Shown: piece by piece, positions 1-8,416 of the stretch
Layout: each line of letters starts with the position of its first letter
How positions within the stretch are numbered: the stretch's first letter is position 1
Source: Methanobacteriota archaeon
GTDB taxonomy: Archaea; Thermoplasmatota; Thermoplasmata; RBG-16-68-12; JAFNFQ01
Reading direction: 5' to 3'
DNA: 20,000 nucleotides
Assembly: GCA_017885655.1 (NCBI GenBank)
Contig: JAFNFQ010000047.1
Location: 8,722 to 28,721 of the forward strand
Translations under genes and position numbers: made by a program
Notes under the pieces: generated by a model
Databases searched by the model: none
Told to the model about the DNA's origin: nothing
Seen by the model: only the letters and a program-made list of their open reading frames with translations

Positions 1-108
1 CATCAGAATCTCGTCAGGAAGGGGGTTCGGGATCGGCACCTTCTTGACGACCGTGCTCTTCGGCGCAGACTTCTCTTTGACGGCTGCCTTCATCATCTTA
101 TCGGCCAT
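1..108 (-). CDS. N-terminal fragment of a protein continuing beyond the window; product unknown
   Basis: Reading the minus strand from ATG at 108..106 gives an open frame MADKMMKAAVKEKSAPKSTVVKKVPIPNPLPDEILM to the window edge. It sits directly downstream of the NAD kinase gene on the same strand. Confidence 0.5.
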   Translation of the reverse strand, partial: MADKMMKAAVKEKSAPKSTVVKKVPIPNPLPDEILM

Positions 109-154
109 GCCAGTCCTCCTCGGAGTGGTGAAAGGAGGGAAACTCAAGTTCTAC

Positions 155-1288
155 TTAAACCTGTAGGGGATGCATCCTCATCGTTCTATAGCCGACTATT
201 ACCCGTAGATACTCTTTCTTGGCGAACTCCGAGTCGAGCTTCGCATCGCCCGTGTCCACGCGGAGGGTCGGCGTCACCTGAAGCTTCGATGGCGTCGCGA
301 ATACAATGATATTGGAAATACCGATCCTTCGCACCACCTTCGGGCTCAGCTGCAGGTTGCCACGCCCCAGGATGAAGCCCTGAGCACCGATCGGGCTCAC
401 GGCGAGATAGGCGGGTTCATGCTTGTCGAGAAGCCCGAGCAGGCTCCGCTCGTCGAGATCCTTTCCTACCTGCTTGCCATCGACGACCGCGTCTATTCCC
501 AAGAGCGTCTTGTCGATCTTGAGGCTCTTGCTGAGTCTGGAAATCGTCGAACCTGGGCCCAGAATGAAAAGCGCCTTGGGCTCCTTCTCGATCAGTTCAG
601 AGAGGTACTCCCCCATCTCGTCTTTGATCGCCTCATCAGCAACTTCCGCGACCATCATCTTGCCCGCCTGAACGAGGTTCGGCTCCTGCAATGTCGTGGC
701 GGTGCCGAAGAGGCGGACGACCCATTTGCCTTTCCGATACTTCTCCTCGTCGAGGTCGAGAATCTCCGCTTCTCCCGGTCCGATGCGACCGTTGATGAAA
801 CCCTGGAGCAGGAAAGCGACATTCTCCGGTCGGGTGCAGAAAACTCCTGAATGCATCTTAACTCCGGCCGGGATGCCGACCACGGGGAACTTCTTCCCGA
901 CCACCTTCACGATATCTCTTGCGGTTCCATCCCCGCCGCAGAAGAGAATCACATCCACTCCCCGCTCTGCAAATGCCTTCGCGGCGGACTCCGTGTCTTT
1001 CGCCGAGGTGTGCTTTGGCGGGCGGTGAACAATCTCGATGCCGCTCTGAGGAACTCCCGCCCGAATCAACTCCGATTCCCCCATCACTCCCGCACATGTG
1101 AGGAATCGCACATCCTTGACTGAACTGCCGATCAGCGAGACGAGCTTGGTCAGAGCTTCTTTCGCGCGGTCAGGAGAGATCGGCTTGGCTCCCCGACGCC
1201 GCGCTTCCTCCTCGACGTTGTCTGAACCCTTCAGCCCGACTCTCCCGCCAATCCCGGCTATCGGGTTCACCAGGAAACCTATGCGCAT
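155..1288 (-). CDS. ATP-NAD kinase family protein (COG3199-like)
   Basis: ORF protein has MRIGFLVNPIAGIGGRVGLKGS at the N-terminus and the diacylglycerol/NAD-kinase-type motif VILFCGGDGTARDI. The track ORF starts at 1342, but the internal Met at 1288 gives the family-typical N-terminus. Confidence 0.85.
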   Translation of the reverse strand: MRIGFLVNPIAGIGGRVGLKGSDNVEEEARRRGAKPISPDRAKEALTKLVSLIGSSVKDVRFLTCAGVMGESELIRAGVPQSGIEIVHRPPKHTSAKDTESAAKAFAERGVDVILFCGGDGTARDIVKVVGKKFPVVGIPAGVKMHSGVFCTRPENVAFLLQGFINGRIGPGEAEILDLDEEKYRKGKWVVRLFGTATTLQEPNLVQAGKMMVAEVADEAIKDEMGEYLSELIEKEPKALFILGPGSTISRLSKSLKIDKTLLGIDAVVDGKQVGKDLDERSLLGLLDKHEPAYLAVSPIGAQGFILGRGNLQLSPKVVRRIGISNIIVFATPSKLQVTPTLRVDTGDAKLDSEFAKKEYLRVIVGYRTMRMHPLQV

Positions 1289-1345
1289 CAAGCCGACTAT
1301 ATGTGAGCGGTATTTCAAAATGCCCCTCGAAGCGCGATGCAACCG

Positions 1346-2779
1346 TCAGTGCTCAATGCCCGCCAACTTTCTCGCGAGCTCCTTCTTGCTCTCGAGCTCC
1401 GAGAGTTGTCTGATCGTCATCTGAGCGGCCGCGGGAGAACCGCCGCCGTGCAGGCATAATGCCCCGAGCCGCCCGGGCCCAGCCACCATGCTCTCGACGA
1501 GCTTTGCCACGCGGAGCTTCTTTTCTGCAGTCACTCCGTGAGTCCCGCGGTAGTACTTCTCAACGAGCGGACCGATCTTCGGACTCTTCAGGTCGAGCTC
1601 TGAAGGCATCGCGGAGATCATCCCGCCGCCGATATCCTCGGCGAGCCTCTGCACCTCATATGGAAGGCGGGTGACGCTGGTCTTCGTGACGTTCGCGAGA
1701 AGCTGATCGGGGAACCATGCGCCCGATGGAGATGCCTTTCCCTCGTACGCTGCGCCGATTGCCTGCGCATATAATGCCTCAGAGAGATAGGTCATCTCGG
1801 TCAGCCGGTCCTGCATCTGCCTCGACAAACCGTTGTATTCCGCGAGGAGTGCGGCGGCTCCGGTGAGCACATCACCGCATCCCGCCAAGCATCCGCCGAG
1901 CACCATGCGGTGCAGCAGGACGAACCTCGAGACGACCTCTGCGGCGTAGTCGTTCTCGCCGCACATGAAGACGCGCTCCTTTGGGACGAACACATCGTTG
2001 AAGATGACGAGCGCTTCTGAGGATCCGAAGCGGACATTGCCCTTGTCGAAGCTGTCCTTGAGCTTCGCCTCCCCGCCAGGCTGGGCGTTGACCACCTGGA
2101 CCACGCCCTCCGAGTTGAGCGGCACCGCAAAGGCGACAGCGTGGTCTCTCTCGTCCTCGGAGAAACCGGTTCCCGGCTGCACGATGATCTCGTGCGAGCC
2201 CACAGCACCGCCGATCATCGACTTGGCACCGCGGACGACGATTCCCTTCCTGTCCTCCTCGACTACGCGCAGGTAGACGTCCTTGTCGGGCTGCTGCCTC
2301 GGTTTCAGCGCGCGGTTCCCTTTCGGGTCTGTCAGCGCGCCCGCGCACGCGAGGTCCTTGCCCTGCACCATCGTGGCGTACTTCGCCAGTCTCTTATGAT
2401 AGTCAGTCCCGAGACGGGAGTCCATCTCAAAGGTGGTGTGCCAGAGGGCGTTCAACGCATCCCAGCCGCAGCACCTGCTTCCAGTACACACCCCGGTATT
2501 CTGGCAGACGAGGCGGGCAACCCGCACGCGGTTGACCAGATCCTCGCGCGATCGGTGTATCGAGCAATAGACGTTGAACCTCCCGCTGCCCTCACCCCTC
2601 GTGAGCATCTCCGCATTCCTCTCGTCTCTCGAGAGGTCGTAGATTTGGCCGATGCCCTCGAGCGCGAGGCGGGTGAAACCGTTCTTCGTCACATCGGGGA
2701 TGCGCTTGCCGAGCATGTACGCCTCGGTCTTCATCTTCCCAATGCTCTCGATGTATTGCTCCTTTGACTTCAGCGTCAT
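1346..2779 (-). CDS. 4-hydroxybutyryl-CoA dehydratase / 4-hydroxyphenylacetate 3-hydroxylase family protein
   Basis: 477-aa ORF. It carries CTGSRCCGWDALNALW and HRMVLGGCLAGCGD (His-x6-Cys), resembling the Fe-S ligand regions of 4-hydroxybutyryl-CoA dehydratase (AbfD), plus family-typical RGAKSMIGGAVGSHEIIVQPG. Confidence 0.8.
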   Translation of the reverse strand: MTLKSKEQYIESIGKMKTEAYMLGKRIPDVTKNGFTRLALEGIGQIYDLSRDERNAEMLTRGEGSGRFNVYCSIHRSREDLVNRVRVARLVCQNTGVCTGSRCCGWDALNALWHTTFEMDSRLGTDYHKRLAKYATMVQGKDLACAGALTDPKGNRALKPRQQPDKDVYLRVVEEDRKGIVVRGAKSMIGGAVGSHEIIVQPGTGFSEDERDHAVAFAVPLNSEGVVQVVNAQPGGEAKLKDSFDKGNVRFGSSEALVIFNDVFVPKERVFMCGENDYAAEVVSRFVLLHRMVLGGCLAGCGDVLTGAAALLAEYNGLSRQMQDRLTEMTYLSEALYAQAIGAAYEGKASPSGAWFPDQLLANVTKTSVTRLPYEVQRLAEDIGGGMISAMPSELDLKSPKIGPLVEKYYRGTHGVTAEKKLRVAKLVESMVAGPGRLGALCLHGGGSPAAAQMTIRQLSELESKKELARKLAGIEH

Positions 2780-2788
2780 GCCTGCACC

Positions 2789-3925
2789 TCAGAGTAGGTC
2801 GTTCGAGATGACCAGCCGCTGTATTTCCGACGTCCCCTCATAAATCTCTGTTATTTTCGCGTCCCTATAGTACCGCTCAAGAGGCAAATCGGTCATGTAT
2901 CCATAGCCGCCGTGGATCTGCAGCGCCTTGCGAGCTGCTTCCACCGCGGTCGACGCCGCGAACAGTTTCGCCATCGCAGCCTCCTTCGTGTGCCGCTTTC
3001 CGATGTCCGTGATCCGCGCGGCCTTATGGGTCAGAAGTCTGGCGGCTTCGATGTCTGTGGCCATGTCCGCGATCATCCATCTGAGGGCTTGCTGGTCCGC
3101 GATCGGCCTGCCGAACTGCACCCTGGTCTTCGAGTACTGTATCGCAGCGTCGAGCGATGCCTGGGCGATGCCGCAAGCCTGGGCGGCGATGCTGATACGA
3201 CCGCAATCGAGCGCCTCCATCGCAATCTTGAACCCGTCCCCTGCCCGGCCGAGCATGCTCTCGGCAGGAACGCGCACGTCGTCGAAGATGACCTCGGACG
3301 CGAGCGAGGACCTGATGCCCATCTTGTCGAAGATCTTGCCAATCTTCACGCCAGGCATGTCCCGCTCGACTACGAAGCACGAGATTCCCCGGTGGGCCAT
3401 CGACCTGTCCGTCATGGCGAAAACGAGATACGTGCTCGCGAGCGGCGCGTTCATGATGAAGTATTTGCGGCCCTTGATGATGTAATGGTCTCCCTTCAAT
3501 GTCGCCTTGGATTCCATGGAGGCGACGTCGCTTCCCGCCACGGGCTCGGTTAGACAGAAGGAACCGAACTGTCTGCCCTGGGCCAGAGGCCTGAGGTAAT
3601 GCATCTTCTGCTGTTCGTTCCCGAACCAGAGGAGAGGCTGACTCACGAGCGAGGTGTGCACCGCCAGCGTCACGCCAAGAGCTGCGGAGCCTTTTGATAT
3701 CTCCTCGACCGCGAGCACATAGCTGACGACGTCGTGCCCGCCGCCGCCGTACTTGCGGGGAATCGGGATGCCTGTGAGGCCTGCCTTGGCAAGCTCCCGC
3801 CACGCGTCCATGGGGAACTTGTTCGTCTTGTCCCACTTGTCCGCCTTGGGCAGGACATGCTCCTCGACGAACCTCCTCGCTTTCCTCTTGACCTGCTCCT
3901 GGTTCTTGCTTGGCGAGAAATCCAT
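2789..3925 (-). CDS. acyl-CoA dehydrogenase
   Basis: Contains FCLTEPVAGSDVASMESKA, RVQFGRPIADQQALRWMIADMA, QIHGGYGYMTDLPLERYYRDAKITEIYEGTSEIQRLVI. The track ORF starts at 4132, but the family-typical N-terminus MDFSPSKNQEQVKRKARRFVEEHV begins at 3925. Confidence 0.93.
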   Translation of the reverse strand: MDFSPSKNQEQVKRKARRFVEEHVLPKADKWDKTNKFPMDAWRELAKAGLTGIPIPRKYGGGGHDVVSYVLAVEEISKGSAALGVTLAVHTSLVSQPLLWFGNEQQKMHYLRPLAQGRQFGSFCLTEPVAGSDVASMESKATLKGDHYIIKGRKYFIMNAPLASTYLVFAMTDRSMAHRGISCFVVERDMPGVKIGKIFDKMGIRSSLASEVIFDDVRVPAESMLGRAGDGFKIAMEALDCGRISIAAQACGIAQASLDAAIQYSKTRVQFGRPIADQQALRWMIADMATDIEAARLLTHKAARITDIGKRHTKEAAMAKLFAASTAVEAARKALQIHGGYGYMTDLPLERYYRDAKITEIYEGTSEIQRLVISNDLL

Positions 3926-4304
3926 TGTGATCGCCTGTCTCTCTCCGGACCGACCGGTAAGAACGTTGGCGGTGTATAGTCGTTGTGGGCGAGGCGGCGT
4001 TGTCAAATTCTTAGGGATGAAATGCCCGGGAAAGAAGGCTAACGGCATCTGGCTTATGGGGAAGACAAGACACGACAGGTCCGCTCCGCAGCCAGATATC
4101 CCTAACTTCTTGACAAACTCGGGCGAGGCCATGTGTCCGGGTCGAATTCCACTCAGTGAGCTACTCCGTGCTACCCGCGGTGATAATCATGGACGATAGG
4201 CACGACAAGTCCCTTGATGCCAGCTGATGTGAATACTATCTGATACGTTACTCAGAAAACAAGGCGAACTTGATGAGGACTGCAGGAGGATACTCCTCCT
4301 CGCC

Positions 4305-4532
4305 ATGAAGTCCCCCAAGACGCCGCCGCAGATCAGCAAATTGGCCGACATCCCGATAACGAGATGCTGGGAGAAGGTCCGCTACCTGGAATCACTCGGC
4401 TTGATCAGGCCCGTCCTCGCGTTCGTGAACAACAAGGGAAAGGCAGTAAGGTATTACGAGACCTCCATCCACACGGAACGCCTCGAGGAGAGGGGATTGG
4501 AGAATCTCGTGACCTCCCCCTACATGTTCTGA
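4305..4532 (+). CDS. small winged-helix DNA-binding protein (start uncertain, possibly 5'-truncated)
   Basis: 75-aa ORF with wHTH-like pattern PPQISKLADIPITRCWEKVRYLESLGLIRPVLAF and a charged wing. The coding-like frame extends upstream (QGELDEDCRRILLLAMKS) with no canonical start codon. Confidence 0.45.
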   Translation: MKSPKTPPQISKLADIPITRCWEKVRYLESLGLIRPVLAFVNNKGKAVRYYETSIHTERLEERGLENLVTSPYMF

Positions 4533-4590
4533 ACCGCCCCGCGAACGCACCTAGATCGGTTTGTCAAGCCCCTCGGCCCACCGTCCCAAG

Positions 4591-4600
4591 TTATAAATAG
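4591..4600 (+). promoter_or_regulatory. archaeal TATA box for the membrane-protein gene at 4661
   Basis: TTATAAATAG, an archaeal TATA-like hexamer core in otherwise GC-rich DNA, about 60-70 bp upstream of the ATG. Confidence 0.55.
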
Positions 4601-4660
4601 GCTGACAAGCATGCTCAAATTGTCCGACAAAGGTCGGACGTACGCACAAAGGGATGGGAC

Positions 4661-5560
4661 ATGGGCCTACGCCGAAAGTCCGGCAGGGCTCCTCAGGACC
4701 AAGCGACGAAGAGCTTGGTCAACCAAGGAGTCTACAGGATAGATGTCCAAGACCATGAGCTTGGCTTCTTTCACCGTCACAAAGCGGTTTTCTCTTTCTG
4801 GTCTGGCGTTCGATACATCCTGATCCTTTCAGTGCTGCTGTGGTGGCTCCCGACCGTCGGCCAGATGATCGCGGGTTACGTTGGCGGGAGGAGGACCGGT
4901 GCTCCATGGAAAGGCGTCATCGCGGCGGTCATCCCCATGGCGGTGATCTTCGGTGCGGCGTACGCGGTCGAGCATGGCTACATCGGGCTTGGGGCTGACT
5001 TCTTCGGTGCACTGCCTGCCTCGATCGTGCAGTCCGTCTCAAGCAGGGTCCCAGCACTCACTCCATATGTCGACTTCGTGGTGCAGTACATCGCCTCGTT
5101 CGTCATCGCGATGCGCACGACATTGTCCATGGGCTCGAACGGGTACATGGTTACAATCGTGTTCGCGTACATCGGCGGCGTCATGGCCGAGCAGGCTCGG
5201 CACGAGGTCGCGGCGTCAGGGGGACGCTCGGGCGCCAGTGTCTCAATCACTCAACCGATATTCCATCACGCTCAGGAGGATGGCGAGATGATCAGATCCA
5301 GACGAAAAGAACCAGTGGAATTGGCGACGATGAAGAAGATACCGGCATCGAATGTGGCTGCGGCACACGCTGCACCGGTTGCCAAGGCAGACGAAGAGCT
5401 GAGCAAGGAGAAGGTCTCAACCAGCTCCAAGGATGCCGAGAAGAAGCACACGAAGAGGCAGGTCGAACCAACGAAGACCAGGAGCGAGCAGCAGGAAGTC
5501 AGGTTGCAGCACTACGTTGACCAGGCGCTGAGCAGGTACCAGGAAAAGCACCATCACTGA
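4661..5560 (+). CDS. multi-pass membrane protein of unknown function with charged C-terminal tail
   Basis: 299-aa ORF with hydrophobic segments (YILILSVLLWWLPTVGQMIAGYV, GVIAAVIPMAVIFGAAYAV, YIASFVIAMRTTL, GYMVTIVFAYIGGVMAE) followed by a Lys/Glu-rich tail. Confidence 0.7.
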   Translation: MGLRRKSGRAPQDQATKSLVNQGVYRIDVQDHELGFFHRHKAVFSFWSGVRYILILSVLLWWLPTVGQMIAGYVGGRRTGAPWKGVIAAVIPMAVIFGAAYAVEHGYIGLGADFFGALPASIVQSVSSRVPALTPYVDFVVQYIASFVIAMRTTLSMGSNGYMVTIVFAYIGGVMAEQARHEVAASGGRSGASVSITQPIFHHAQEDGEMIRSRRKEPVELATMKKIPASNVAAAHAAPVAKADEELSKEKVSTSSKDAEKKHTKRQVEPTKTRSEQQEVRLQHYVDQALSRYQEKHHH

Positions 5561-5662
5561 GTGGAGGGTCGACGAGCAGAGTCGGCAGTGCCCCCGCTCC
5601 AAATAAGGTGCCGCCATGTGCCTACCGAATGTTTTTCTAGACGGTCTTGGCATTCCACGGGC

Positions 5663-6664
5663 GTGATCAAGCCCGCGGTTTCCCTCCCTGACTACCATTC
5701 AATCCTCCGTGGGCGGCGGCTTCCGGGATTCCTGCGCTGCGCACAGACCGGACTGCGAATCGACCTCTCCGCAGACGAACCGACGCTATGGCGGTGTCAT
5801 CGCGAGGGGATGAAGAGGCTCGATGCCGGACTGCGCGGCGACGGCCCTGTATCGTTGCTGCAGTTGAAGGCCGAGCTCGCGCGGAGACTTCTGAAGCCGT
5901 GCAGGCTCTGCGAAAGGCGGTGCAAGGTGGATAGACTGGCGGGGAAGACCGGCTACTGCGGTGTCGACAAGCCGAGGATATCGAATCGCTTCGTGCACAT
6001 GGGCGAGGAGCCCGACCTGATCCCCTCATACACGATATTCTTCTCGGGCTGCACTTTCGAGTGCCTCTTCTGCCAGAACTGGGACATTAGTCAGCGCGAG
6101 ACGGGGACGACTCTTCAGGCGGGCGCCGTGGCACGAGACATCGACGAGCACTTCGGCGATGTGAAGAACATCAACTGGGTGGGCGGCGAACCGACGCCAA
6201 ACCTGCCGTTCATCCTCGATGTTTTGACGATGGCCAAGGAGCCGACCCCGCAGATATGGAACAGCAACATGTACATGACTGAAGAGGCCATGGCTCTTCT
6301 TCACGGAGTCGCCGATGTCTACCTGGCCGATTTCAAATGGGGGCCGGGCGATTGCTCGAAGAAATATTCCAGAATCCACAATTACTGGGAAATCGTGACA
6401 CGCAATCATGTGCTCGCGAACGAGCACGCGGAGATCGTGCTGCGCCATCTGGTCATGCCGGGCCACGTAGACTGCTGCTCCCGCCCCGTCCTGGAATGGA
6501 TCGCCGGCAACCTCGATACGAGCAAGGTGATCGTGAATGTCATGGACCAGTACCGTCCCGAATACAAAGCGCCAGGAATCCCTGGCATCGATCAGAGGAT
6601 ATCGGAATCGGAGTTTTTTGAAGCTTACAAGCTCGCGAGGAATCTCGGGCTTAAGGTCACTTGA
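5663..6664 (+). CDS. radical SAM protein, PflX-like (COG1313-like)
   Basis: Contains CTFECLFCQNWDISQ (CxxxCxxC radical SAM motif), an N-terminal Cys cluster LLKPCRLCERRCKVDRLAGKTGYCGVD, and WVGGEPTPNLPFIL. The track ORF opens at 5561; GTG at 5663 (VIKPAVSLPDYHSILRGR) is a plausible alternative start. Confidence 0.85.
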   Translation: MIKPAVSLPDYHSILRGRRLPGFLRCAQTGLRIDLSADEPTLWRCHREGMKRLDAGLRGDGPVSLLQLKAELARRLLKPCRLCERRCKVDRLAGKTGYCGVDKPRISNRFVHMGEEPDLIPSYTIFFSGCTFECLFCQNWDISQRETGTTLQAGAVARDIDEHFGDVKNINWVGGEPTPNLPFILDVLTMAKEPTPQIWNSNMYMTEEAMALLHGVADVYLADFKWGPGDCSKKYSRIHNYWEIVTRNHVLANEHAEIVLRHLVMPGHVDCCSRPVLEWIAGNLDTSKVIVNVMDQYRPEYKAPGIPGIDQRISESEFFEAYKLARNLGLKVT

Positions 6665-7217
6665 CGGCCGCTTTCTTGCCGGAGGTCTTCTCAAAGAGAG
6701 CCTTGGACAGAGCCTGGAATGCCTCCTCGACGTTCTCGCCTTTCTTGGCGGAGGTGAAGAAATACGGGGCGTCGAACGCCTCCGTCGCCTGTTTGACCTC
6801 CTCCTCGCCGAATGCCGCCTTGTTCTTTAGGTCCATCTTGTTTATAGCGAACACCACGGGTATCTCGCCGACAGTCCTGAAAACCGACTCCACCCATCCA
6901 TCCAGGTCCCCGAGAGTCTCCTCGCGCGTCACATCGCAGACGGCCAGTATCCCCTGGGCCCCGTGGAAGTATGCCTCGCGGAGCAGCTCCCTGAACCCTT
7001 TCGAGCCCATTATGTCCCAAATGGTCATGTCCATGGACACTGGAGATTCGCCCTCCATGGAAATCTCGAACTCTTTCTTGGAGACCTTCGCACCGAGGGT
7101 CGTGATATACCTGTCATCGAACTCATCCAGAACGTATCTGCGGATCAGCGACGTCTTGCCGACCGCGTGCTCTCCAACCAAGCATATCTTCGACTTCATC
7201 AGTTGCGTTTCGGTCAA
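6657..7217 (-). CDS. Ras/Rab-like small GTP-binding protein
   Basis: 186 aa with G1 GEHAVGKTS, G3 WDIMG, G4 NKMD and G5 TSAK motifs. The 3' end overlaps the convergent radical SAM gene by 8 bp. Confidence 0.9.
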   Translation of the reverse strand: MTETQLMKSKICLVGEHAVGKTSLIRRYVLDEFDDRYITTLGAKVSKKEFEISMEGESPVSMDMTIWDIMGSKGFRELLREAYFHGAQGILAVCDVTREETLGDLDGWVESVFRTVGEIPVVFAINKMDLKNKAAFGEEEVKQATEAFDAPYFFTSAKKGENVEEAFQALSKALFEKTSGKKAAVK

Positions 7218-7309
7218 TTCGTCGGCCTCCGTGCTTCAAGCGAGACAAGGGCGGTCATTTCGGTTTCATTCATGCCGCGTCCACTCCCTGCATCGGATTC
7301 GGTACTCGA

Positions 7310-8353
7310 ATGACCTCCGAGTACTTAGCAATTTTGCAGTGGTTCTCTTCCGTGAATCGCGACGCGGCCAATCACCGGCCGGACTGGTCGGCCAATCGTT
7401 ATATAACGCCCCTCGAATGCAACCGCGTGGATGGCTTCGCGGCTTTCCGCTTCCTCACCGGTCTGGCTTTCCTCGGCTTCGCCTCATGCCGAGACTTGAA
7501 AACGCGCCGCGTTCCCGATGAGGTCTGGATCGTGATGGGCATCTTGGCCCTGGTTTTGCTCGAGGTCGAACTCGTCCAAGGGGGAGCCTCCTGGGAACAT
7601 CAGCTACTCCTTGTCCCGACTGCGATCATCTTTTTCGGCGTCTTCTTCGGGGAGGAGATGTGGACCGAGGAAGGATTCAGATTGAGACCCATCAGACTCC
7701 TCGTCTACGCAGTTGCAGGCCTGCTCTTGGCGTTCCTCGCGTATCATTTCTGGAGCACGAGCGGCAGCGATTCCAATGCGTTCTGGGGCCACCTGAGCAT
7801 GCCCATAATGCTCGTCCTCGCTCACGTGTTTTACCAGTTCGGGTTGCTTCGCGGCGGGGCGGATGCAAAGGCGTTCATGTCGATTGCCATCCTCGTGCCA
7901 ATCTATCCGAGCATTGGACCCGGACTACCGCTCGTCAGTCTCTCTCCGACCATCCAGCATGCCGTCGATCTGATGTTTCCTTTCGCGCTCGTCGCCCTCC
8001 TTGACGCTGCGCTCCTGCTTGTGTTCCTACCGCTGTTCTTCCTGGTATTCAATGCATTATGTGGAGACGTCAAGGGAATCCAAGCACTTTTCGGCTACCG
8101 AGTCGGCATCGACAAAGTGCCCAAGTTCGTCTGGCTGATGGACAGGGTGGAGAACGGCAAGCATCTCAGGATCCTTCTGCCTCGGAAGAGGGAGGACCGG
8201 AATGAACAGATCGCGAGGCTACGAGAGAAAGGCTTCGACCGCGTGTGGGTGACGCCGCAGATTCCATTCCTCGTGCCCATGACCTTCGGGTTTGCCGCGG
8301 CCTTCCTTGTGGGCAACTTCATCCTAGGCCTGACGCTGCTGTTCGGGCGGTGA
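7310..8353 (+). CDS. A24 family (prepilin/preflagellin) peptidase-like membrane protein
   Basis: Contains SCRDLKTRRVPDEVWIV (first catalytic Asp motif) and RGGADAKAFMSIAIL (G-x-x-D-x-K motif), with multiple hydrophobic helices. Confidence 0.75.
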   Translation: MTSEYLAILQWFSSVNRDAANHRPDWSANRYITPLECNRVDGFAAFRFLTGLAFLGFASCRDLKTRRVPDEVWIVMGILALVLLEVELVQGGASWEHQLLLVPTAIIFFGVFFGEEMWTEEGFRLRPIRLLVYAVAGLLLAFLAYHFWSTSGSDSNAFWGHLSMPIMLVLAHVFYQFGLLRGGADAKAFMSIAILVPIYPSIGPGLPLVSLSPTIQHAVDLMFPFALVALLDAALLLVFLPLFFLVFNALCGDVKGIQALFGYRVGIDKVPKFVWLMDRVENGKHLRILLPRKREDRNEQIARLREKGFDRVWVTPQIPFLVPMTFGFAAAFLVGNFILGLTLLFGR

Positions 8354-8380
8354 ATGAGCGGGATTCCGGAAAAAGAAGCC

Positions 8381-8388
8381 TTTTATAG
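8381..8388 (+). promoter_or_regulatory. TATA box for the 5S rRNA gene
   Basis: TTTTATAG inside AAAAAGAAGCCTTTTATAGG, about 29-36 bp upstream of the inferred 5S start. Confidence 0.6.
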
Positions 8389-8416
8389 GCCCGATGTTCT
8401 ACTTCCCGACAGCAGT

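Noticed and set aside
3926-4132. N-terminal 69-aa extension of the acyl-CoA dehydrogenase ORF
   Set aside because: Not family-like (MASPEFVKKLGISGCGADLSC...); MDFSPSKNQEQ at 3925 is the typical start.
4138-4200. tRNA-like T-loop resemblance (GGGTCGAATTCC)
   Set aside because: No acceptor stem, anticodon arm or D arm can be assembled around it.
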